Made by a program: the position numbers and the translations under genes. Below, piece by piece: positions 32,701 through 42,507 of a stretch of DNA of 64,000 bases. Position 1 is the first letter of the stretch. Each line of letters opens with the position of its first letter. The stretch is from an uncultured Alphaproteobacteria bacterium (GTDB lineage: Bacteria; Pseudomonadota; Alphaproteobacteria; CAWBKL01), in assembly GCA_963789405.1 (NCBI GenBank), contig CAWBKL010000007.1, positions 70,276 through 134,275 of the forward strand. The letters run 5' to 3'. A model generated the notes under the pieces. The model saw only the letters and a program-made list of their open reading frames with translations. It was not told where the DNA came from and did not search any database.

Positions 32701-33635
32701 AGGCCCGCACCCGCCAAAGCATCGGCGTCATTCGGATTGGCTTTGAGCGCGTCGGCAAAATCCGCCTGAGCCGCAGCGGCATCGCCGTCATTCAACTTGG
32801 CATAGCCTTTTTGACGCGCCTGGCCACCCGGATCGCCGGGCACTGGGCTTACAGCATGCGCAAGGCGCGCTTCGATCTCGCTATCGTCGGGATGATCGCG
32901 CAAGTAAGCCTGAAACAGCGGCGCATCATCCGCCTTTGCGTTCAGCCAGATCAGCGCCTGGCGCAATGTCGCATGAACCGCCGGGCTGTTCTCATCGAGG
33001 CCGAGCAGAACATTGATCGCCTGGCGGCGCGTCTTTTCGCGATACGAGAGCACCTTGCCGAACGCCAGCGCGAGCTCGTGATCGGCCGGATGGTTCGCCA
33101 CCATTTGCGCAAGCCCATTGGCCGCTTCGTCCCAACCCCATTTCGTGCCGGCAAGCGTGAGATAATATTCGGACGCGTAGTCATAAGGGATGAGGCCATT
33201 GCCGAAGGCCTGCTGATAGGCGCGCACCGCATCCGAAAGCGCGCCTTGTGAAGCAAGACGGCGGGCTTCGGCAATCTGCCACGCACCCGTCGAGCCCAGA
33301 TGAAGCGCCTTGTTCAGCTCATTGATGCGCGGATCGACCGGTGCCGCCTTCTCGAAGCGCTGCCCCCAACGCTTGGCCGCATCCACTTTGCCATCTTGCG
33401 CCGAATAGATCGCAAGATAGTAGAGCGCGTCCGGCTGATTTTGCTCGAAGCTGAGAATGCGCTCAAGCGCTTGGATCGAAAGATCGTTACGCCCCTTCTC
33501 ATGCCAATACTCTGCTTGATTGAGAAGATAGCGTGTGGGATCCGCCGGCGCCGCGGCGGCCGGGCTCAACGCTGTCGTTCCGGCAGCGATGGCGACAAGC
33601 GCGGTTCCAAGAAGAAGATGACTGCGCAAGGTCAC
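29769..33635 (-). CDS. bcsC: Cellulose synthase outer-membrane porin BcsC (TPR + beta-barrel)
   Basis: Signal peptide, TPR-like repeats, RDRSGEAGLS, DLGTTPLGF, RRAVTDSVLSY and GQGGYFSPQ. Confidence 0.93.
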   Translation of the reverse strand: MTLRSHLLLGTALVAIAAGTTALSPAAAAPADPTRYLLNQAEYWHEKGRNDLSIQALERILSFEQNQPDALYYLAIYSAQDGKVDAAKRWGQRFEKAAPVDPRINELNKALHLGSTGAWQIAEARRLASQGALSDAVRAYQQAFGNGLIPYDYASEYYLTLAGTKWGWDEAANGLAQMVANHPADHELALAFGKVLSYREKTRRQAINVLLGLDENSPAVHATLRQALIWLNAKADDAPLFQAYLRDHPDDSEIEARLAHAVSPVPGDPGGQARQKGYAKLNDGDAAAAQADFADALKANPNDADALAGAGLSALQEKDYASAEASLSRAIKLAPAKKSQWSKALETAKFYRSYSQAAAALQSGDLSVAEKLARDLAESGSPDADVAKNLLADILTRENNLQEAESLYREILRSHPHDSGAIAGLAHVLNSEGRVEEASALVSQAPQDAASNPSLRQTAANIAAAKADALAKGGDLSRAERAYEKSIADDPTNPWIRLSYARLLLKTGAERQAKGIMSPLAQAAQPSAEALYALAIFEDESGDDGRASEYLGRIPAADRTDEMGKLAFKLRSQGAIASARKSSDPAYASSKLEDIASDPQATPGLRSQIAETLYGINPPAAIALARKEEDRGVSGAPMDYAGFLKVLGDAGLDAEARTFLLQIERHAEDSGNKAQVTALRATLAAHEADHMRSDGSYADAYDLLAGALRDSPNDKELLLALGRLYDSGHMADKARSVFNHLQQTYPDDADVLSASIDNALASNDLKSAQRLIDRAQSLYPRDPRLYVALGRIAEARGQREGALKAYRAAQALRAEEVAGGAAGPNTPPTLQDKNPFRARSAQNQSASSYFVADAGPTAADDSSTASGVTGATAPQTDDRTQVAYAYVPAGRSAAPIFVPSTAIPVNAPGDALSDDIDRRIARLEQGTKPHVSVEVATRDRSGEAGLSQMTEIDGTASYQGTLFGKGQLTASLQPVILDAGTPTSSAAARFGTNPAVAIFATPPAPDGQQASGLAVSLKYKIGTLTADLGTTPLGFWRLSPVGGIEWAPEIADNTHVQIGVERRAVTDSVLSYNGARDPLTGQRWGAVMQTSAHGGISYDNGEGGAYFTARVGTLKGHNVASNSTIQGDAGAYLRPYQKGDAELQIGFNADFAHFKKNLRYFSWGQGGYFSPQSFVGLSLPLTYKDVQGRWSYSLQASPGLQYFHEDSSPYFPTEPAIQSLFDIAAALDPNIISNYASQTKTGFGFAGDAQVNYALTPSTSIGGGLKFNNFGDYNDTSANISFKHTLGK

Positions 33636-36600
33636 GAGCGTGCCTCCAATCGCTGGTGCGCACGCACGCGCAGGAATGAATAAAGCGGCAGGGAAAGCAG
33701 AATCATGCAGACCACCAGCCCGAGCGCCATGAAGAGCGGTGCGCGGCTCAAAATAGTCAGCAGATAGGTGAGCGGCGGTAGATCACCGGCCCAGAATTGC
33801 GGGCCGAAAGCGAAGCTCTCGATTCCCTCGCTCGTCCACAATGTGAGATCGCCCTGAACTTTCGCATTCCGGCTGCGCACATTGAGATCGCGCACAAGCG
33901 CCGGCAGCACGAATGGCTGCTTGGCCACAAGCGCAACCACCAGCCGGTGTGGATCCACGGGCGAGCGGAAGCTCATAAGCGCCGAATATCCTTCCGGCGA
34001 GCGTAACAGCCGGTCGGCCTCGCGCAGATCGCGCACATAGCCGGTGGGGAAGAGGCTGTCGGCGAGCTTCTTCAAAGGTGTCGGATTGACGACAAGCGCC
34101 CCATCGCCGGAACGCACGGGCGCACCCGCCATTACCTGCGCAAAGCTGCTGAGGTCCGTATCACTCCCAAGCACAAGCACATCCTTGCCCTTGAGCAGCT
34201 TGAGATTATCACCGTGCGAGAGCGCGAGCCCGGTCGCCGGCACACCGGTCGCATCGCCGAAGCGTCCCATGAGATTGAGAAACGCGGCAATGGTTTGCAG
34301 ATCAGGCGTCTGAGACATTACCGCGACGGTGCGCGAAAGATCAGCAGCACGCGTGAACGGAAAGCCGGCGCTCGCAAAGAAGGCAAGGTTGGGCAGCTTG
34401 GCGAAGTGATGTGCATTCGTCAGATCGAGCGTCGTGTCGGGCCCGATGGAGGTGCTGATATCGCCGGGGCCGCTTGCGCTTGCATTATTGCTGTTGCTGC
34501 TCGCAGGGCCGCCGCATGCGCCCGCCTTGTCAACGAGATTGAAGTAGAATTGCAGCTGGTTCTGGCCGAACAACAGATAGGTCGGGATGTCGACCTTTGA
34601 GCTGGCTTCGACATAATCGCGGTGCGCGGCAGCGCCTGATCCAAACAGCGAGGAGAGCGAAAAACGCGGCTTCCTGAGCGGGAAGCTCTTGAGATACTGA
34701 TTGTTGACCAGCACATCGAGATGCGACTTGGACGCATTGAGCCAGTTTCCAACCGGATAGCGATAATTGATTGAAAGCGGCATGCCACGGTCCGGCCACG
34801 CATAAAGATCCGGCGGGATTCGAAAATCGGCTGTAAGCACGCCCTGGCGCATGCCCTTGGCATCGAGGTTGAGCGCCGCATTGGGCATTTGCGCCAACTG
34901 GACCTTCCCGCCCACACGCAGCCAGCGCGGCGCATCATTGTCGGCATGACGCACGAGCGCCGGCGCCTCGACACGAGCCATCGCCTGATCGCCGGCATAA
35001 TGGCCGAGCGCCAGCGCATTGGCGGCGGCCCGCAGCTCGGCGCCGTCACGCCCGAGCACAAGCAGCAACCAGCCTTGCGGATCGCCGGGATTTTGCACCA
35101 CAGCCAAGGTCGGGCCGTTCACCACAGGAAGGCGCAGACCCGGAATAGTGTCGCCGCCCGTGGCGAACACGACGGCATTACCATCGGGGATCGTTCCGAT
35201 ATTGGGCGTGAAGTTATAGCCGCGATAACTCGCAAGACCGCCGAAATAGGAAGCAACAACAGCGGAAGCGAGCAGCGATGAATTGTTGGGCTCGTTCGCG
35301 TAAACGAAAGGCAGATCGAGCGCCATCATATCGCCCTCGTCGAAGAATGGCGCCGGCAAGCGCGCCAGCGATGGCTTCTCCGGCAATCGCGCCACCGTAA
35401 GGCGCAGGCTCGATCTCATATTGTCGATAAAGATCGCGCGGTTCGGATCGGCGTGGCCGACGCATTTCTCCTCCTTGCCGGCATAGCGAAACCCGATCGT
35501 GTTGTTGGCAAGAAGCAGAATTGGGTTGATTGGAATTTCGAGCGTCGCGGTCTGCGCGGTGCCATTTCCCGGCCTGATCTCGCCCAAGGGTTCACCATTG
35601 AGCGTGATCGCCAAGCTACCCCGCTTCGCCGCCTCGCGTCCGGCATAGGACAGCGTCACCGAAAGCACCGCCTGAGATGCGATCTCGTCGTGGCGCAAGG
35701 TGAATGGCAGGCCGGTTTCATCACCAGGCGCCGAGAGCACGATGCGCTCATGCGCACCCAGATCCTTGAGCGTCAAGGCGAAGTTGCGCTCAGCACCGTC
35801 GCTCGGCGCGCTTAGCGGTGCATCGAAGCTTTGCGCCTCGTCGAGGTCATCGCCTTGAGCGTGTGCGCTGGTCGACGCAAGCAGCGCACCAAGCCCGAGG
35901 CCAAACGCAACGAGGATGGTCGCCGCACGCTTGCCGAGCTCGCCCGCTTTCCCGGCAACGCCCAGGCCAACGCGCGCCGTTTCGAGCGCCGGCTTGCGAA
36001 CGCCGCGCCAACGAAGCACCGACATGATGAAGGAGCCATCGACCTTAAGAAGATCAAGCCAGGATTTGAGCATGCCCTCGCGTGGCAGATCAGGGCGTGA
36101 GATCCACGCATCGGCCCGGCCCATAATCGCAAGCACCAGATCGCGCCGCTGCGAAAGCGAAACCGGCGCAAACTGAAGCATTGCCACGCCCGGGCGCGAA
36201 TTGACCGCGCGCACCGGAAACTCGACCAATCGCGAGCCACAAGGCAGAACAATGCCGACGATCAAATCATCAGGGTTCGCACCGTCCGGAATGCGGATGG
36301 CAACGCCGCCCATCGATATGTCGACCGTGCGCGCCGGAAACTGCCGCTCATTTCTGAGCCGCACCGTGACATTGATCTTTGCCGGGAAGCGCACATGTTT
36401 GCGGATCTGCTTGGATTCGAGCGCAACCGAGATTGCTGCAAACAAGATGACGAGATTGAAGATCGACCAGCCTGTGTTGAGCCACATCGTGTCGCGGTCG
36501 ATCGGGAAGAAATCGGGCCATAGATAAACGCGCGCAAGCCCAAACGCGATGCCGCCGATCAGCAGGAACGAGACAAAAAGATGCGGCGACACCAGATGCC

Positions 36601-38098
36601 AATCGAAATAGCTTCGATTCAGGAGCCCGCCTTTATCAGTCACATTGAACTTGCCGTGGCGCGGACGCAGAAGCGTCGACAGAGTCGGCCGCAACAGATG
36701 GAAAGTGAGCGCGACCTCATAGATCTCGCCCCAGAACGCATGGCGATATTTGTCCTCGAGCCGCGCATTGGTGAGCCAGCTGTGGAACAGATGAGGCAAC
36801 GCATAGGCAGCGATCAGCGAGGCTGACGCAGCAATGATGCTCTGCCCGAGAAACAGATAAGCGAGCGGCGATGTGAGAAACACCAGGCGCGCCAGCGGAA
36901 ACTGGAAATGCATGATCGCGTTGAGATAGCAAAGCCGCTGCGGCAGCTTCATCTTGCCGCCGAACAATGGATTATCGAGGCGGAAGATCTGCGTCATGCC
37001 GCGCGCCCAGCGCACGCGCTGGCCGACATGAAGCGCGAACTTCTCGGTCGCAAGGCCAGCCGCAAGCGGAATGTTGAGATAGGCGGTATTCCAGCCGAGC
37101 TTTTGCATCTTGAGGGCGGAGTGCGCGTCCTCAGTGACGGTCTCGCCGGCGAAGCGCCCGACCTGATCGAGCGCCTTGCGGCGGATGACCGCGCATGAGC
37201 CGCAGAAATAAGCCGCGTTCCAGAAATCATTGCCAGGCTGAATCCGGCCGTAGAACAGCTCGCCCTCGCTCGGCAGGTTGCGCCCGATGGCCGTGTTGCG
37301 TTGAAACGGCTCCTGCGAATAGAAATGATGCGGCGTTTGCACCAGCGCGAGCGTCGGATCAGCGACGAGCGTGCCCATAGTCAGCTGCAGAAACGCACGC
37401 GTCGGCACGTGGTCGCAATCGAAGATGCAGACATACTCGCCGTCGGTCAGCGTCATTGCGTGATTGAGATTGCCCGCCTTGGCGTGCTTATTGTCGGGCC
37501 GCGTGATGTAATGGCAGCCGATCTCTTCGGCAAAGGCGCGAAACTCCTCGCGCCGCCCGTCATCGAGCAGATAGACGCGCATCTTGTCGGCCGGATAATC
37601 CATATTGAGCGCGGCGATGACAGTATCGCCGACAACGGCCAGGCTCTCATTGTAGGTAGGAATGTAGACATCGACCGTCGGCCACTGGGAGACGTCGCTC
37701 GGTAGCGGGATCGGCTTACGATCGAGCGGCCACGCCGTCTGCACATAGCTCAAGATCATGATGAGGCTTGCGTAGAGCTCTGCGAGGAAGAGGCCGATGC
37801 CGAGAAAGCCGCCGAGCGGACTATCGAAGCTCAATGTCTGCGTGAAACGCCAATAGATATAGCGCAGCGTTATCGCGACGGAGAGCAGCGTAAGCATCAA
37901 CGTCGTGCGGCGCGATGCATTGGTGCTGGCAACCGCCGCAATGCCGAATGTGAGCACGCCGAACATGAGCTGGGCTCTGAGGCCAAGCGGCGTGATGATG
38001 ATTGCGAGCGCGCAAAGGACCACAATCATGATCCCGGCTGTCTTGGCGAGCACGCCTTGCGCGTCGCCGGACCACTGCTCTTGTAAAGAATTCAGCAT
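33632..38098 (-). CDS. bcsAB: Fused cellulose synthase BcsA-BcsB
   Basis: PTYNE, DDG, HAKAGNLN, FDCD, QTPH, TED, QRVRW; PilZ RKHVR/DISMGG; followed by BcsB LARLPAPFFD, LPNLAFFASAGFPFTR and C-terminal anchor. Confidence 0.96.
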   Translation of the reverse strand: MLNSLQEQWSGDAQGVLAKTAGIMIVVLCALAIIITPLGLRAQLMFGVLTFGIAAVASTNASRRTTLMLTLLSVAITLRYIYWRFTQTLSFDSPLGGFLGIGLFLAELYASLIMILSYVQTAWPLDRKPIPLPSDVSQWPTVDVYIPTYNESLAVVGDTVIAALNMDYPADKMRVYLLDDGRREEFRAFAEEIGCHYITRPDNKHAKAGNLNHAMTLTDGEYVCIFDCDHVPTRAFLQLTMGTLVADPTLALVQTPHHFYSQEPFQRNTAIGRNLPSEGELFYGRIQPGNDFWNAAYFCGSCAVIRRKALDQVGRFAGETVTEDAHSALKMQKLGWNTAYLNIPLAAGLATEKFALHVGQRVRWARGMTQIFRLDNPLFGGKMKLPQRLCYLNAIMHFQFPLARLVFLTSPLAYLFLGQSIIAASASLIAAYALPHLFHSWLTNARLEDKYRHAFWGEIYEVALTFHLLRPTLSTLLRPRHGKFNVTDKGGLLNRSYFDWHLVSPHLFVSFLLIGGIAFGLARVYLWPDFFPIDRDTMWLNTGWSIFNLVILFAAISVALESKQIRKHVRFPAKINVTVRLRNERQFPARTVDISMGGVAIRIPDGANPDDLIVGIVLPCGSRLVEFPVRAVNSRPGVAMLQFAPVSLSQRRDLVLAIMGRADAWISRPDLPREGMLKSWLDLLKVDGSFIMSVLRWRGVRKPALETARVGLGVAGKAGELGKRAATILVAFGLGLGALLASTSAHAQGDDLDEAQSFDAPLSAPSDGAERNFALTLKDLGAHERIVLSAPGDETGLPFTLRHDEIASQAVLSVTLSYAGREAAKRGSLAITLNGEPLGEIRPGNGTAQTATLEIPINPILLLANNTIGFRYAGKEEKCVGHADPNRAIFIDNMRSSLRLTVARLPEKPSLARLPAPFFDEGDMMALDLPFVYANEPNNSSLLASAVVASYFGGLASYRGYNFTPNIGTIPDGNAVVFATGGDTIPGLRLPVVNGPTLAVVQNPGDPQGWLLLVLGRDGAELRAAANALALGHYAGDQAMARVEAPALVRHADNDAPRWLRVGGKVQLAQMPNAALNLDAKGMRQGVLTADFRIPPDLYAWPDRGMPLSINYRYPVGNWLNASKSHLDVLVNNQYLKSFPLRKPRFSLSSLFGSGAAAHRDYVEASSKVDIPTYLLFGQNQLQFYFNLVDKAGACGGPASSNSNNASASGPGDISTSIGPDTTLDLTNAHHFAKLPNLAFFASAGFPFTRAADLSRTVAVMSQTPDLQTIAAFLNLMGRFGDATGVPATGLALSHGDNLKLLKGKDVLVLGSDTDLSSFAQVMAGAPVRSGDGALVVNPTPLKKLADSLFPTGYVRDLREADRLLRSPEGYSALMSFRSPVDPHRLVVALVAKQPFVLPALVRDLNVRSRNAKVQGDLTLWTSEGIESFAFGPQFWAGDLPPLTYLLTILSRAPLFMALGLVVCMILLSLPLYSFLRVRAHQRLEARS

Positions 38099-38103
38099 CG
38101 CGG

Positions 38104-38505
38104 CTAACGGATCCTGTCGAAGAGGTCGGATAAAGGAGAGTCGCCGGGCGCCGCTGCATCCTGCCCCTCACGCCGGAACAGGCGCTTCAAGCGCACACGC
38201 GATTGATCGGTTTTTGAAGCGAGTTTGGCCTGGGCGGGTCTTGCGGCGGGAGCTTCCGTCTCGCGCGGCTCTTCGCTCACGGATGTGCCGATCGTCGCCG
38301 GATCATCGCTATCCGGAAGGCTCGCGATCGCATGGGTTTGGGTCGCCTGGATCCATTCACGCTGCAATATCTCGAGCGATGTCGACCACTTGCCGCTGCC
38401 GCTCGATGGCGAAACCGGCGGACGCCCATCGCTGAACTCGCGATAGGGAAACGATTCGATATTCAATTGGTGGAACAGGTTTTCTGTATCTGGTCCGTTG
38501 CGCAT
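38104..38505 (-). CDS. Small cellulose-operon accessory protein, BcsP/BcsO-like
   Basis: First gene of operon; N-terminal D..NLF....YREF and C-terminal SPLSDLFDRI around a low-complexity Pro/Ser linker. Confidence 0.55.
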   Translation of the reverse strand: MRNGPDTENLFHQLNIESFPYREFSDGRPPVSPSSGSGKWSTSLEILQREWIQATQTHAIASLPDSDDPATIGTSVSEEPRETEAPAARPAQAKLASKTDQSRVRLKRLFRREGQDAAAPGDSPLSDLFDRIR

Positions 38506-38812
38506 GAGTTATCGAATCCTTGCAAGGCGTCGCTCGTGGCAACGATCTGTTGATCGCCGGCACAATTGTGTCGTGAACGCACTATGAGGAAGATTGGTTA
38601 AATTGGCCCAAACCGGTTTACGCGCACGCACGCGCGACGGCACGCAAAGGCGCCAAATGCTTTGCTTATGATGGTTTCTGTGCGGAGCGTTTGCCGCTTA
38701 CGCCCGGTGAAAATGCGTAGCATGCTGCTTGCGGACCAGAAGGTTACCGAAGCATTAGCGGCGCGCGTGAGGCACGCCTCCGTTGCACACACCCGAGACT
38801 CAACGCAAACGC

Positions 38813-39715
38813 TTACGGCGCGGGAATCGGATCGGACGACGGCCAGTTTCGCTGCGTCGGCACAGGCAATATGCGGAAGAACGCATTGACGACGTGGATC
38901 TGGCCCCCCCACACCTTGAAGGCCTCGAAGGTCACCAGCGCATTGCCCTCACCATAAGAACCGGTGTAGCCGAAGTTCATCCACAGAAGCACAACGCCGT
39001 TTTCTTCATCCACGGCGGCGACGCTCGGCTTCACATCGGGATGTTTCATGATCTTCTGCGTCTGCATCGTGCAATCATCACGCCCGCAACCCGCGCCCGC
39101 CGTGATGACGCCGTTTTCCATCCGGTAGGCTTCCTTGGCGAAAGGTGTCGGCGCCTGGGCAAAGCTGCCGATCATGAGGCCCTTGGTGTAAGTCAGCGCC
39201 GTTGCGATCATCGAAGCGCGCGACTGACGTTTATCCGCCGGCACGGGATCATTCATGCCCTCGAGCGGCCGGCTCAACATGACCGGCTGAAAGCGCGATT
39301 GGGGTGTTACGCGCTCAACCAATGTCTCGATGCCGGCGATCTTCTTGCCCTTCATATGGAGCAACACCGAATAGAGAATCTGGTCCTTGCCTTCCCAGAG
39401 CTGCACGTGCGAGGCAGCGATCTCTTTATCCGTGTCGAGATAATCCTGACGAAAATCACCTTTGACGAGATCCGCTTTCCACAATCCTTCGCCCAGCTTC
39501 AGCTCTTTGGAATCTTCGGTGAAGCGTGCGCCCGCTGCGAGCGACAGCTTTGCAGGGTCATGCGCCACAAGCGCATCGACATACTGCGTGATCATCCCGC
39601 CAAGGCAGGCCCTGTCGCACGCTGCCGCCGATGCCGATGCGGGCGCAAAGCTGAAAAGGGCGAGAAGCCCGATAACCGCAACCGATCTCGTTTTGAGAGC
39701 ATGAAGCTGTCGCAT
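38813..39715 (-). CDS. Secreted conserved hypothetical protein (paralog family with 22938 and 48604)
   Basis: Signal peptide then ACDRACL...YVDALVAHDP...GEGLW...RMENG...EAFKVWGGQIH. Confidence 0.75.
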   Translation of the reverse strand: MRQLHALKTRSVAVIGLLALFSFAPASASAAACDRACLGGMITQYVDALVAHDPAKLSLAAGARFTEDSKELKLGEGLWKADLVKGDFRQDYLDTDKEIAASHVQLWEGKDQILYSVLLHMKGKKIAGIETLVERVTPQSRFQPVMLSRPLEGMNDPVPADKRQSRASMIATALTYTKGLMIGSFAQAPTPFAKEAYRMENGVITAGAGCGRDDCTMQTQKIMKHPDVKPSVAAVDEENGVVLLWMNFGYTGSYGEGNALVTFEAFKVWGGQIHVVNAFFRILPVPTQRNWPSSDPIPAP

Positions 39716-39927
39716 TGAAATCCCTCCCCAGGGGGCCGGGACATCGCCACAAACGAGAGGCGAGTCGCCGTTGTATCTTCTTGCCGGTGCATGGCGGATG
39801 AGAGCTTGGGAGAGCCTGCTTCGCCAGGTCAAGCCGCCGATCAAGGGGCCTTTCGGGGCGCACTGCGCGTTTTCAACCCAATATGGACATCGGCCGCGCT
39901 AACTCGATGTGTGAGAGCCGCTTCCGA

Positions 39928-41031
39928 TCACGGAATGACGATCGCACCGACCGTCGCATAGGCTTCGATATCGTCAAAGGCGCGGTTGATACCGCCAAGA
40001 TCATGACGGCTCGTGATCATCGCAGCCATATCCAATTCACCCAACTCGACTAAGCGAACAAAGCGCGGGAAGTCGCGCAGGATATTGATGCTGCCATGCT
40101 GACTCGAATGGATCGTCTTACCGCCCGCCCCAAGCCAGATTGACGGCAGGTTCGCCGTCGCCGTGAAATCCCAAGGCACGCTTGCAAGCACGACATGGCC
40201 GCCACTGCGGGCAATTGCATAGGCATCGGCGACGGCGGAAGGGTCCGCGCTTGCCTCGTACACATAGTCGACGCCCCAGCCTTGAAACCCGCCGAGATCG
40301 GGCGTGATAGCGCGAATCTGCTCAGCGGCGCTGGCGACGCGCGGGTCGATGGTGTCGGTTGCGCCGAGCTTCGTTGCAAAGTCGCGCCGATGCGCAAGCG
40401 GATCAATCGCTATGATGCGCTCGGCACCGGCAATCCGCGCGCCCTGCACATAGGCAAGCCCGGTTGCCCCGCAACCAATAACGGCGACCCATGCGCCGCG
40501 CGCAACCGGCGCGGTGATGAGCGCCGCACCCGCACCGGCTGCGCCGGCGATCGATAGGAGAGCGATCTCCTCATCCGGCACATCCGTTGCGATCGGCACG
40601 ACTTGAATATCCGAGACGAGCGAGCCTTGTGCAAAGCCGCCGATATTGGCATCAGCATAGACCGCGCGCCCGTCGGCGAGGTGGCCGCGTGCATCCGGCA
40701 CGCGGGCGGCAATCTCAACGCATTGGGAAGCATTGTCGGCGAGACAAAAGCGGCAGCGGCCGCAATAGGACGTTGCCGAAAGGATCACCCTATCGCCGGG
40801 CTTGACGACGCGCACTTGATCGCCGGCTTCCTCGACAAGACCGACGGCACCATGGCCTCTTATCTGTGGTGCCTTCGCCGGAAAGTGACGCGGACGGGAA
40901 TCGATGACATCGGTCATGCACGCATTGGCGGCCGTGATGCGCACTTTGACTTCGGCGGGGCCGACGCCTCGCAGCTCCACCTCCTCGACGGTCTGAGGAA
41001 GGCCCGGCCCATGCCAGATCGCCGCTTTCAT
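39928..41031 (-). CDS. Zinc-binding (MDR) alcohol dehydrogenase family protein
   Basis: MKAAIW, PGDRV, structural-Zn CGRCRFC.......C, GCGATG Rossmann motif. Confidence 0.88.
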   Translation of the reverse strand: MKAAIWHGPGLPQTVEEVELRGVGPAEVKVRITAANACMTDVIDSRPRHFPAKAPQIRGHGAVGLVEEAGDQVRVVKPGDRVILSATSYCGRCRFCLADNASQCVEIAARVPDARGHLADGRAVYADANIGGFAQGSLVSDIQVVPIATDVPDEEIALLSIAGAAGAGAALITAPVARGAWVAVIGCGATGLAYVQGARIAGAERIIAIDPLAHRRDFATKLGATDTIDPRVASAAEQIRAITPDLGGFQGWGVDYVYEASADPSAVADAYAIARSGGHVVLASVPWDFTATANLPSIWLGAGGKTIHSSQHGSINILRDFPRFVRLVELGELDMAAMITSRHDLGGINRAFDDIEAYATVGAIVIP

Positions 41032-41039
41032 ATTGCCTC

Positions 41040-42278
41040 TCAAGCAAATGGGCTGCTGGAGATCTTGCCCAGGAGGATTTGCGCGTATTGAACCGCGAAC
41101 CAATCATCCGTTGCCGGAGCATTGTGCGTCCAGTAGGTCGAAAGATCGCGGTAATAACGCTGCAAGCGCTGACCATCACGCGCCGCGCTCGAGCCGCCGG
41201 TGCGAAAGATGATACTCTGCACCGCGTCCCAAGCCATACGCCCAGCCTCTTGCGTTGCGAGCAAATTGCGCATGTCGGTCTCCCCGTCGTACGGGACGCC
41301 TTCCTCGGCCGCGCGCCGGCTGAGCTCCATGTGATCGCGTGCAATCTCCAAAATGATCTTCTCAGCGGCGGTAATCTTTGCTGTCGCCTGGCCGAGATAA
41401 CGCTGATAGTCGGCAATGTCGGCGCGCAAGGTCTGGGGCGCATAAGTCGCGGTACGCGTCGTTATAAGGCGCACATATTCGTCGAGCGCACCCTTGGCTG
41501 CGCCAACCGCGACGGCGACAAGCTCACTTGAAAAGAAAGCGCCCATCCGGCCGGCATACATCGGATTGGCGTGCGAGCGCGGCGGCTTGATGTCCGTGCG
41601 TCCGGCAACGAGATTGGCCTCAACGACGTGGCTTGCCGGCAGAAAGCCGTTCTCGGTCTCCACGCTATGGGAGCCCGAGCCTTTGAGTCCCATCACGTCG
41701 CCCCAGTCATTGCAGAGCTTCCATTCACTGCGCGGCAGCACGAACAAAATTTCCGGGCCCGGCGTGCCGCCAGGGTCCTGCGGCAAGCGCGTCTGGCCAA
41801 TGAAATGGGTCGAATAGGGCGCGCCCGAAGCGTAGGGAAATTTGCCGCTAAGCCGCCAGCCGCCCGGCGCGGGCGTAAGTGTGCCGCGCTGATAGCCGAA
41901 AGACGCAGCGCGGAAATCGCCTGTGGGGCCGATAATCGCAGCGAGCGCCGCCTCATCGAACAGCCCGGAGATCTGCATGATGTGCGCGGCCGAGAGGCAA
42001 TAGCACCAGGCCGTCGACGGACACCCGCGCGCTATCTCGATGACGACTTTGAAGAATGTCGGCGTATCGAATTCATAGCCGCCGAAGCGCCGCGGCTGCA
42101 GGATGCGATAGAATCCGGCTTTCAGAAACGCCTCGTGCGTCGCCTCCGGATACCAGGTGAGCCGCTCAGTCTCGGCCTGGCGTTCGACGAGATCGCTGCG
42201 CATCGCCTCCGCGCGCGCGATAACCTCGCGGGGCGTGAGCGAGGGCTCGGGAATCTCGACCAGAGAGGCAGCCGCCAT
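41040..42278 (-). CDS. Acyl-CoA dehydrogenase-fold flavin-dependent monooxygenase (HsaA-like)
   Basis: RILQPRRFGGYE, CPSTAW, ASG, W..MGLKGSGS, GGSSAA..G.RLQRYYRD. Confidence 0.85.
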   Translation of the reverse strand: MAAASLVEIPEPSLTPREVIARAEAMRSDLVERQAETERLTWYPEATHEAFLKAGFYRILQPRRFGGYEFDTPTFFKVVIEIARGCPSTAWCYCLSAAHIMQISGLFDEAALAAIIGPTGDFRAASFGYQRGTLTPAPGGWRLSGKFPYASGAPYSTHFIGQTRLPQDPGGTPGPEILFVLPRSEWKLCNDWGDVMGLKGSGSHSVETENGFLPASHVVEANLVAGRTDIKPPRSHANPMYAGRMGAFFSSELVAVAVGAAKGALDEYVRLITTRTATYAPQTLRADIADYQRYLGQATAKITAAEKIILEIARDHMELSRRAAEEGVPYDGETDMRNLLATQEAGRMAWDAVQSIIFRTGGSSAARDGQRLQRYYRDLSTYWTHNAPATDDWFAVQYAQILLGKISSSPFA

Positions 42279-42507
42279 TTCACGCGGCGTTGAGCTCGCC
42301 AAAACTCTCCCTCCTGGGTCACGTTTAGGTGCTCGTGTTCTATCGCGCCCTCGGAACGGCGACAACATGATGGGAGCTTGCGATCCATAGCGGACGGCGA
42401 AGCAACGGCCGCCTTGCGCCGATGCCGAACTTTGCCTAGTCCTTGCCCCTAAGAAGGACTATTTAGAAGCCTGCCAGCCCCAATTCGATCATAGACGGAA
42501 GAACGCC

